32,309 nt of DNA from positions 1-32,309 of the forward strand of contig JBDREN010000208.1 of assembly GCA_043819795.1 (NCBI GenBank). The letters are read 5' to 3'. Source of the DNA: Elusimicrobiota bacterium (GTDB lineage: Bacteria; Elusimicrobiota; Elusimicrobia; UBA1565). A program made the position numbers and the translations under genes. Below, one piece after another: positions 23,977 to 32,309 of this stretch. Under the pieces are notes generated by a model. The model worked only from the letters and a program-made list of their open reading frames with translations. It made no database searches and was not told the DNA's origin. How positions within the stretch are numbered: the first letter of the stretch is position 1; each line of letters begins with the position of its first letter.

Positions 23977-24031
23977 CACCCCCACTAAGGTGCGCCGGAC
24001 CATGCCGGCGTCCAATAGGCCGCACCCGGCG

Positions 24032-24595
24032 CTATTTCACGATCTTGAGGATGTCCTTGAAGCGCTTGTCGGTGCAGGCCTCGAGGAGCTCGAAGAGCGC
24101 GCTCTCCACGGTGGTGACGACGGCGCCCTCCGCGCGCATCCTGGAAAGGGCGGTCTCGTAGTCCTCGGCCTTGCGGGAGCCGACGGCGTCCCTGCAGAGG
24201 TAGACCTGATAATCGCGGGCAAGAAGGTCGAGGGCGGTCTGCTGGACGCAGACGTGCGCCTCGATCCCGCAGACGAGCGCTTGCTTGCGTCCCGTGGCCT
24301 CGACGGCTTCCAGGAATCGCTTCTCCCCGCAGCAGGAGAATGCCGATTTCTCTATGGGGGCGAAACTCTCGCCCGCCGCTTGCCGCACGGCCCCATGCGT
24401 GGGCCCGATGCCTTTGGGATACTGCTCCGTGATGACGAGGGGAAGCCCGAGGACGCGGGCGCCGGAGACTAGCCGGGACGCTTCGCTCACGACCCGCTCG
24501 CGGACGGCCGGATCGTAGACTCCGAGGAGCTTCTCCTGGATGTCTATCACGACCAGCAGTGTCTGGTCCCGTCTAAGAAGCGTCTTGTAGCGCAT
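24032..24595 (-). CDS. Isochorismatase-family cysteine hydrolase (YcaC/ISOC-like)
   Basis: Catalytic D/K/C motifs VIDIQEK, TEQYPKGIG, EKSAFSC and GIEAHVCVQQT. GAGGGAGG RBS. Confidence 0.93.
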   Translation of the reverse strand: MRYKTLLRRDQTLLVVIDIQEKLLGVYDPAVRERVVSEASRLVSGARVLGLPLVITEQYPKGIGPTHGAVRQAAGESFAPIEKSAFSCCGEKRFLEAVEATGRKQALVCGIEAHVCVQQTALDLLARDYQVYLCRDAVGSRKAEDYETALSRMRAEGAVVTTVESALFELLEACTDKRFKDILKIVK

Positions 24596-24622
24596 TGAGG
24601 TCCCCTCCCTCGGGACGGCCTG

Positions 24623-24631
24623 AATATAGCA
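24623..24631 (-). promoter_or_regulatory. Extended -10 element (TGcTATATT) for the hydrolase gene
   Basis: Reverse complement of AATATAGCA, in the 64-bp intergenic gap. Confidence 0.5.
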
Positions 24632-24659
24632 AAATCGGTCCTGCCCGCATCAGCCGGGC

Positions 24660-25289
24660 TCATGGCCCGGAGACGATGCGCAGAAAAGGCAGGAACAATA
24701 GGGCCACTAGAATCATGATAGGAACGGCGGCCCAGTAGACATTCCTGAAGACCGAGCCCGCGGACGGCAATGGCCATCTCTCGTCTAGGAAGGCCAGGAA
24801 GATCCCCTTATCGGTCGACCAATCCAGGCTCCAGAACAGACCGGCCGCGAAGTAGACCACGGAGCACGCCACGAGGTTCGCGAGCCACGCCTGCGGATAC
24901 GCGCCGTCCCTCAAGAGGATGTAGAGGTCATAGGACCAGCTCGCGGAAAAGAGCCAGAGGCAGCACGCCACGAAGACCTCGCTCATGCGGGCCCCCATCC
25001 TGCGCGCCCTGTCGAGGATCCCGACGACGCCCGGGGCGGAAAGGAACGTGAGGACCGAGATGAAGGCGGCGTCCACGCGGTCCCAAGTCGGATCGATGTT
25101 GTAGGGTGCGGCGAGGACCAAGGCGGCCGCGGCCAGAAGGAACGTGACCGCCTTCCAGGGCCGCAGCAGGAAGCGCCAATACCTCTTTTGGAAGAACACG
25201 AAGGAGCGGAAGCCCCTGGCGTAGAGGCAGGCGGCGGCCAGGCAAAGAAGGACCCAGCCCGCCAGATACGCCTTATGAAACGCGCTCAT
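24660..25289 (-). CDS. Hypothetical integral membrane protein, 209 aa
   Basis: About six hydrophobic segments, a polar motif APYNIDPTWD and an AGAGGA RBS. No family recognised. Confidence 0.8.
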   Translation of the reverse strand: MSAFHKAYLAGWVLLCLAAACLYARGFRSFVFFQKRYWRFLLRPWKAVTFLLAAAALVLAAPYNIDPTWDRVDAAFISVLTFLSAPGVVGILDRARRMGARMSEVFVACCLWLFSASWSYDLYILLRDGAYPQAWLANLVACSVVYFAAGLFWSLDWSTDKGIFLAFLDERWPLPSAGSVFRNVYWAAVPIMILVALLFLPFLRIVSGP

Positions 25290-25314
25290 CGATCCTCTCT
25301 GTCCTGACGCTCGG

Positions 25315-25974
25315 CTATGTCTTGCTGTCTCCCGTCTTGCACCAGGTTGCGAAGAGCATGAGGCTCACGACGTTGAGCCCCATGGCCCAGTTCCAGAAAA
25401 ACAACGCGGCCCCGACCACCAGGAATACCAGCTCCAGCACGGTCGCGGCCAGATAGTCCGTCAGGCGAGACTGCTCCCGGGGCCGGGCCTGTTCCTCCCG
25501 TATTTCATCTTGCAGGCGCTCCCGGATCTCATCGAGCTCCGGGGCGGTCACGGTCCGGTCGGAAAGCGCGTGAGCCTTCTCGTAGCATTCAAGAGCGGGC
25601 TGCCAGGCCTTCTTTTTCTCCAGGATCTCCGCTTTGGCGGCGTAGGCGGCCGCGTTGTCGGGGTCCCGGGAGATGGCGCGGTCGGCGGCTTGGAACTCTT
25701 CCTCCATGTCCGAGGTCTCCTGGAGCCGCATCCGCGCCGCGGGCGCGGCGGCTCGCCAGTAGAGATAGCCCAATGAGACGGGCATCAGCAGTGCGCAGGA
25801 CGGCGCCAGCAGCATGGAGAGCAGCCATACGGCTATGGGCACGCTGAGCCCGAAGACCATGAACTCGCCCACGGGCATCCCGCGGGGAGGGCTCCAGTAA
25901 AAGCAGGACGCGAGATAGACGATGCCGTAGAGCATCGCGAGCTGATAGATCAAAAAGGCGGTGATGCTTCCCAT
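25315..25974 (-). CDS. Membrane protein with a central TPR-like unit, 219 aa
   Basis: Start moved from 26058 to 25974 (MGSITAFL). N- and C-terminal TM segments flank RDPDNAAAYAAKAEILEKKKAWQPALECYEKA. Confidence 0.75.
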   Translation of the reverse strand: MGSITAFLIYQLAMLYGIVYLASCFYWSPPRGMPVGEFMVFGLSVPIAVWLLSMLLAPSCALLMPVSLGYLYWRAAAPAARMRLQETSDMEEEFQAADRAISRDPDNAAAYAAKAEILEKKKAWQPALECYEKAHALSDRTVTAPELDEIRERLQDEIREEQARPREQSRLTDYLAATVLELVFLVVGAALFFWNWAMGLNVVSLMLFATWCKTGDSKT

Positions 25975-25983
25975 ATCCTCGTC

Positions 25984-26012
25984 ATTGTAATGGCCGAGGA
26001 GAAGGCCCGCAA
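25984..26012 (-). promoter_or_regulatory. Sigma70-type promoter TTGCGG-N17-TACAAT
   Basis: Minus-strand -35 at 26012-26007 and -10 at 25989-25984. Confidence 0.6.
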
Positions 26013-26030
26013 GGAGGCTTCTCCCCGCCC

Positions 26031-26059
26031 TTGCGCCGCCGAGCGGAGTTTTCCACAAT
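26031..26059 (+). promoter_or_regulatory. Sigma70-type promoter TTGCGC-N17-CACAAT
   Basis: -35 at 26031-26036 and -10 at 26054-26059, upstream of the GlpA-like gene. Confidence 0.5.
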
Positions 26060-26123
26060 AGCCCTACGCGGCGTCGGCCTAATCGCGGCCGTATCCGGGA
26101 GCGGCCGGCGCACTCCTAGAGAC

Positions 26124-27569
26124 ATGTACGATGTGGCGATAATCGGAGCGGGGGTGGTCGGTTGCGCGATCGCGCGCGAGCTCTCGCGCTATCGCCTGCG
26201 CGTCGTGGTCCTGGAGAGCTGCGAGGAGGTCGGTTTCGGCACCACCAAGAGCAACAGCGGAATCGTCCATCCCGGGCATCACACATCCTCCGACACCCTG
26301 AAAGGCCGGCTCGTCGTCCGCGGCAACGAGCTCTTCACCCGGCTGCACGAGGACCTGGACTTCGCCTTCAGGCGCATCGGCGAGCTCGTGGTGGCGCAAA
26401 GTGAGGCGGAGCTTCCGGTCCTGGAGCATTTGAAAAAACAGGGGGAGGATAAAGGCGTGCCCGGGCTGGAGATGTGGGGCCGGGAGCGCTTGCGCCGCGA
26501 GGAGCCGAACCTGTCTAAGAGCCTGGTCGCGGCGCTGCACGCCCCGTCGGCGGGCGTGGTCAACCCCTTCGAGTTCGCCTTCGCGCTCATGGAGAGCGCG
26601 GCGGCCAACGGCGTGGAGCTGAGGGTCAATAGCCCGGTGGAGAGGATCGCCGCGGTGGACGGGGGCCTCGCCCTGCATACGCCGGGCGGTCGATTCGCCG
26701 CGCGTTTCGCGCTCAACTGCGCGGGCGTCTTTTCCGACGAGGTGGCCCGCATGCTGGGCCTGAGCGACTTCACGATCCATCCGCGCAAGGGCGAGGAGTA
26801 CCTGCTGGACAAAAGGCTCGAAGGCCTCGTGCGGCGCCTGATCTTTCCCGTTCCCAAGAAGACCACCAAGGGCACTCTCATCATCCCCACCTTCGACGGG
26901 ACGATCATGGTCGGCCCGACCGCCCGGGACACCGAGGACCGCTACGACGTGGCCACCACCCAGGAGGGGTCGGACGAGGTATTCGGCTTCGTCGGGAAGA
27001 TCTGCCCGGCCATCACCGGGAGCGACGTCATCGCCGGCTTCGCGGGGCTGAGAGCCGTCAGCGACACCGAAGACTTCGTCATCGGGCCGACGAAGGCGCG
27101 GGGATTCATCAACGTGGCCGGCATCCAGTCCCCGGGGCTCACCGCGGCCCCGGCCATCGCCGAATACGTGCGCGACCTGCTTGCCGCCGAGGGACTGGCG
27201 CTCCGGGAGAAGGACGATTTTCAGCCTCGCGTCTTGGGCCCGCCGAGGTTCGCCGCGTCGAGCATCGAGGAGCAGGAGCGGCTCATCCGGTCGAACCCGC
27301 TGTTCGGCCGCGTGGCCTGCCGGTGCGAGCTGGTCACCGAGGCCGAGATTCATGACGCCATCGACCATGGGGCGCGGACTTTGGACGGCGTCAAGTTCCG
27401 CAGCCGGGCCGCCACGGGACGCTGCCAGGGCGGCTTCTGCACCACGCGCTGCATGGACATCCTGGCCGAGCGGCTGGGCCGCCCTCTGCACGAGGTCACC
27501 AAGCGCGGCGAGGGCTCTTGGATCGTGACGGAGATGCCGGACGCCGGCCGCAAGGGGGGGCGAGGGTAG
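26124..27569 (+). CDS. FAD-dependent oxidoreductase (DAO/GlpA/LhgO-like) with C-terminal BFD-like [2Fe-2S] domain, 481 aa
   Basis: Start moved to ATG 26124 ([13 protein letters not shown]). Motifs [31 protein letters not shown] and CRCE...GRCQGGFC. Confidence 0.92.
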   Translation: MYDVAIIGAGVVGCAIARELSRYRLRVVVLESCEEVGFGTTKSNSGIVHPGHHTSSDTLKGRLVVRGNELFTRLHEDLDFAFRRIGELVVAQSEAELPVLEHLKKQGEDKGVPGLEMWGRERLRREEPNLSKSLVAALHAPSAGVVNPFEFAFALMESAAANGVELRVNSPVERIAAVDGGLALHTPGGRFAARFALNCAGVFSDEVARMLGLSDFTIHPRKGEEYLLDKRLEGLVRRLIFPVPKKTTKGTLIIPTFDGTIMVGPTARDTEDRYDVATTQEGSDEVFGFVGKICPAITGSDVIAGFAGLRAVSDTEDFVIGPTKARGFINVAGIQSPGLTAAPAIAEYVRDLLAAEGLALREKDDFQPRVLGPPRFAASSIEEQERLIRSNPLFGRVACRCELVTEAEIHDAIDHGARTLDGVKFRSRAATGRCQGGFCTTRCMDILAERLGRPLHEVTKRGEGSWIVTEMPDAGRKGGRG

Positions 27570-27573
27570 GGCG

Positions 27574-28857
27574 ATGCTGGGACGGATGGAAGGCAAATAC
27601 GACGTGGTCGTGGTAGGCGGCGGCCCCGCCGGCATGGGAGCGGCGCTCGGCGCCCGGGATTCAGGGGCGGAGCGCGTGCTCATCGTGGACCGGGAGCCCG
27701 AGGCGGGGGGGATCCTCCTTCAGTGCGTCCACTCCGGCTTCGGGCTGCACTATTTCAAAGAGGAGCTCACCGGACCGGAGTACGCCGAGCGCTTTCTGGA
27801 GAAGGTCATCGACCGCGACGTGGACCTGGTGACAGACAGCTACGTGGCGGGAGCGGCGGCGGGCCCCGACGGCGTCAAGCGGGTCCGTGTGATGAGCGAG
27901 GCGCGGGGGATGTCCGTCCTCGAGGCGAGGTCCGTCGTGCTGGCCATGGGATGCCGCGAACGCACCCGAGGAGCCCTCCGCATCCCCGGGACGCGGCCCT
28001 CCGGGGTCCTGACCGCGGGGCTCGCCCAGAAATTCGTCAACATGCGGGGGCTGCTGCCCGGCAGGCGCATCGCCATCCTGGGCTCCGGCGATATCGGGCT
28101 CATCATGGCGCGCCGGCTCACGCTGGAGGGCTGCGAGGTCGCGGGCGTGTTCGAGCTCATGCCCTACTGCAACGGGCTCACCCGCAACGTCGTCCAGTGC
28201 CTCGACGATTTCGGCATCCCCCTGCACCTCTCCACCACGGTGGTCGACATCCGCGGCCGTGATCGCGTGGAGAAGGTCACGGTCGCTCCGGTGGGCGAGG
28301 GCTTCAAGCCGGATATGAGCCGCGCCCGGGACGTGCGGTGCGACACGCTGCTCCTGTCGGTGGGCCTGATCCCGGAGAACGAGCTCTCGCGGGGCCTCGG
28401 CATCGACCTGGACATGATCACGGGGGGGCCGCGGGTGTCGAGCACGCTGGAGACGAGCATGCCCGGCGTGTTCGCGTGCGGCAACGTGCTGCATGTCCAC
28501 GACCTGGCGGACTTCGCGACGAGCGAGGCGCTTCTGGCGGGCGGCTTCGCGGGCGAGTGGGCGCGGGGCGCCAGGCGGCCGGCGGACAACATCCGGCTCG
28601 TCGCGGGCGACAACGTGCGCTATTGCGTGCCCCATACCCTGAGCCCCGACCGCGAGCACACGCTCTACATGCGCTGCAAGGAGGCCATGAAGCCCTGCAG
28701 GATCCGCGTGGGGGACCTGATGCAAAAGAAGCTGCGCTTCGTGGTCCCCGCGGAGATGATCACGCTGAAGATCAAGCCGGACGTCCTGGAGCGGTTCCGG
28801 GGCGATACGCTGCGCGTCGACATCGTCCCCGCCGAGAAAGGAGCGACGGGTGGCTGA
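27574..28857 (+). CDS. FAD/NAD(P)-dependent pyridine nucleotide-disulfide-type oxidoreductase
   Basis: Motifs [42 protein letters not shown] and [13 protein letters not shown]. Start may be ATG 27586. Confidence 0.92.
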   Translation: MLGRMEGKYDVVVVGGGPAGMGAALGARDSGAERVLIVDREPEAGGILLQCVHSGFGLHYFKEELTGPEYAERFLEKVIDRDVDLVTDSYVAGAAAGPDGVKRVRVMSEARGMSVLEARSVVLAMGCRERTRGALRIPGTRPSGVLTAGLAQKFVNMRGLLPGRRIAILGSGDIGLIMARRLTLEGCEVAGVFELMPYCNGLTRNVVQCLDDFGIPLHLSTTVVDIRGRDRVEKVTVAPVGEGFKPDMSRARDVRCDTLLLSVGLIPENELSRGLGIDLDMITGGPRVSSTLETSMPGVFACGNVLHVHDLADFATSEALLAGGFAGEWARGARRPADNIRLVAGDNVRYCVPHTLSPDREHTLYMRCKEAMKPCRIRVGDLMQKKLRFVVPAEMITLKIKPDVLERFRGDTLRVDIVPAEKGATGG

Positions 28858-29245
28858 GGCCAAGACCTTCACCTGCATCGGCTGCCCGATCGGCTGTCCG
28901 CTGCGCCTGGAGCACGAGGGCGGTGAGATCATCGAGGTCTCCGGCCACGAGTGCAACCGCGGGGCCAAGTACGCGCGACAGGAGTTCACCGAGCCGCGGC
29001 GGGCCTTGAGCACCACCGTCGCCGTCGCGGGCGCCCGGTGGGAGCGCCTTCCCGTGAAGGTGGCGGGCACGGTGCGCAAAGAGCGCGTGATCGAGGCGGC
29101 GCGCGAGATCCACGCCCTGCGGGTGGAGGCTCCGGTGAGGCTGGGCCAGGCGCTGATCAAGGACCTTCTCGGCGAGCAGGGTCTGGACGTCGTGGCCACG
29201 CGGACGATGGAGCGCCGCGAAAGGAATCCCGCCCCGAACACATAG
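28850..29245 (+). CDS. DUF1667-type Cys-rich small protein
   Basis: CIGCPIGC...GHECNRG, LPVK and APVRLG motifs. GTG start with AAGGAG RBS and an 8-nt overlap. Confidence 0.88.
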   Translation: MAEAKTFTCIGCPIGCPLRLEHEGGEIIEVSGHECNRGAKYARQEFTEPRRALSTTVAVAGARWERLPVKVAGTVRKERVIEAAREIHALRVEAPVRLGQALIKDLLGEQGLDVVATRTMERRERNPAPNT

Positions 29246-29246
29246 T

Positions 29247-29255
29247 TGCTATCAT
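29247..29255 (+). promoter_or_regulatory. Possible extended -10 (TGcTATCAT) upstream of the fumarase gene
   Basis: AT-rich patch in a 65-bp gap; a second -10-like TACTAT lies at 29263-29268. Confidence 0.4.
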
Positions 29256-29310
29256 ACCCGAATACTATCCGGGGGCCACGGAAGGCCCGCCGCCAGGAGG
29301 GAGCCGACAC

Positions 29311-30975
<1,665 letters not shown>

Positions 30976-31105
30976 AGCGGGCCGGCGCCGATTCCGAAGC
31001 CGGGGCGCCCGCTGAGCCGCCCGCCTTCCCCGGCCGCGCCCTCTTTTGGGATCCCGGGATGTGTTGTACAATCCGGATACCCGCCTCCGGGGACGGAAGC
31101 GATCC

Positions 31106-32155
31106 ATGAACGGAAATCCCGCGACAGCCGCGCGTCGCCCCTCGCCGGAGGAGGGGCGATCCTTCCTGCGGCGCGCGGCGTGGCCCCTGCTGGTCGCGGC
31201 GGTCTATGCCGGCTGGCTCCTGCTCATGGCGGCGGGGGGAAAGTGGCGCCTTTTCCTGGACGCCTGGTTCATGACGGCGACCATGGTCGCCGGCTCGTTC
31301 ATCGCGGGGGCGACCTGCCAAGGCGGGGGCGCGGTCGCGTTCCCGGTCATGACGATCGTCTTCGGGATCGAGCCCGCCGTGGCCCGCGACTTCAATCTCA
31401 TGATCCAGTCGGTCGGCATGACGTCCGCCGCGTGCGTGATCCTGTCGACGGGCATCACGGTCGAGCGCCGCTCCATCCTTCTGGCCGGGCTGGGAGGCGC
31501 GGCCGGGGTGGTGATGAGCCTCTCGTGGGTGGCCCCGCTGGCCCACCCCGCCTACGTCAAGATCTTCTTCACCTCCCTGTGGTTGAGCCTGGGGGTCATG
31601 CTCTACCTCCTCAACCGCCACGAGCACAGCGGCGTGTTCGACCGCATCCTGCGGTTCGGGCCGCGGCACGGATGGATGCTCGTCCTGGCGGGCTGGGTCG
31701 GCGGCGTGGTCAGCGGATTGACGGGGGTCGGCCTGGACAGCGTGGCCTTCGCGCTGCTCGTCCTGTACTTCCGGGTCAACGAGAAGATCGCCACCCCGAC
31801 TTCAGTGGTCCTGATGGCGGCGATCTCTCTGGTCGGCTTCGCCTGGAAGGCGGCCGTCGGCGGGGGCATGCTCGCGGAGGCCTGGGACTACTGGTACGTA
31901 TGCGTGCCGGTCGTGGTGGTGGGGGCCCCGCTGGGCGCGCTATACATCCGCGCGCTGCCCCGCCTGCTGCTGGTCAAGCTCATCTGCGTCACGATCGTCG
32001 TCCAGTACTTCGGGGCGCTATGGGTGGTCCCCCAGACCCCCGCGTTGCTGCTCTTCGGTCTGGCGACGGTCGCGGCGGGCGTCGCCGCGTGCCTCGTCAT
32101 GAACCGCCTGGGGCTGAGGCGGCTGCGGACCGCCGCTCACGGAAGTCAAACCTGA
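31106..32155 (+). CDS. TauE/SafE family (sulfite exporter-like) membrane protein, 349 aa
   Basis: Motifs GSFIAGAT..GGGAVAFPV, GGVVSGLTGVG, ATPTSVVLMA and VVVVGAPLGA, with many TM helices. Start placed at ATG 31106, downstream of TACAAT 31067-31072. Confidence 0.85.
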   Translation: MNGNPATAARRPSPEEGRSFLRRAAWPLLVAAVYAGWLLLMAAGGKWRLFLDAWFMTATMVAGSFIAGATCQGGGAVAFPVMTIVFGIEPAVARDFNLMIQSVGMTSAACVILSTGITVERRSILLAGLGGAAGVVMSLSWVAPLAHPAYVKIFFTSLWLSLGVMLYLLNRHEHSGVFDRILRFGPRHGWMLVLAGWVGGVVSGLTGVGLDSVAFALLVLYFRVNEKIATPTSVVLMAAISLVGFAWKAAVGGGMLAEAWDYWYVCVPVVVVGAPLGALYIRALPRLLLVKLICVTIVVQYFGALWVVPQTPALLLFGLATVAAGVAACLVMNRLGLRRLRTAAHGSQT

Positions 32156-32160
32156 CCCCG

Positions 32161-32309
32161 CTATCCGCGGAACACCATCCCGTAGTGGGTGTCGTAGCCG
32201 AGGCGGCGGACCACCGCCACCTCGCCCTTGACCTTCATGCCGGTCTTGGGCTCCGGGATGTCGAGCTGGCCCAGCACCCGGACCCCGTTCTCGAGCTCCA
32301 CGATGCCCA
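32161..32309 (-). CDS. 3' end of a DUF35-type (acyl-CoA-associated) OB-fold protein, partial
   Basis: Not in the ORF track. The minus strand reads GIVELENGVRVLGQLDIPEPKTGMKVKGEVAVVRRLGYDTHYGMVFRG*, with the stop at 32163-32161. Confidence 0.75.
   Translation of the reverse strand, partial: GIVELENGVRVLGQLDIPEPKTGMKVKGEVAVVRRLGYDTHYGMVFRG

Noticed and set aside
30976..31047. Intrinsic terminator after the fumarase gene
   Set aside because: GC-rich partial stems exist, but none is a compact hairpin directly followed by a U-tract.

Overview
High-GC bacterial DNA with dense genes; I cannot assign the taxon from sequence alone. The first 21 kb (<1-21017, + strand, open at the left edge) is an almost continuous, largely translationally coupled cluster. 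It holds eight long Trp-rich TPR proteins (recurrent AWRGE motif, no visible signal peptides), two paralogous FAD-binding oxidoreductases of the VAO/PCMH (FAD_binding_4) fold and one small helical protein with LTxxQ-like motifs. The cluster contains a diverged duplication of a three-gene module, TPR-A / TPR-B / flavoenzyme (746-8513 and 14265-21017). Both flavoenzymes lack the His/Glu motifs of D-lactate/glycolate dehydrogenases, carry a Tyr-Arg motif instead and end in basic low-complexity tails. I cannot match this arrangement to any system I know, so it is the best candidate for something undescribed. Downstream lie a HisKA_3 sensor kinase with a NarL-family regulator, a 25-bp inverted repeat, and four minus-strand genes (DUF3467-like, isochorismatase-family, two membrane proteins) with a hairpin-rich spacer. 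These are followed by a GlpA-like/Pyr_redox/DUF1667 trio, a class I fumarate hydratase, a TauE/SafE exporter and the 3' end of a DUF35-type OB-fold gene. Many starts in the ORF track are over-extended and have been corrected by hand. I saw no RNA genes, CRISPR arrays or transposases. All family calls come from motif recognition by eye, not database searches.
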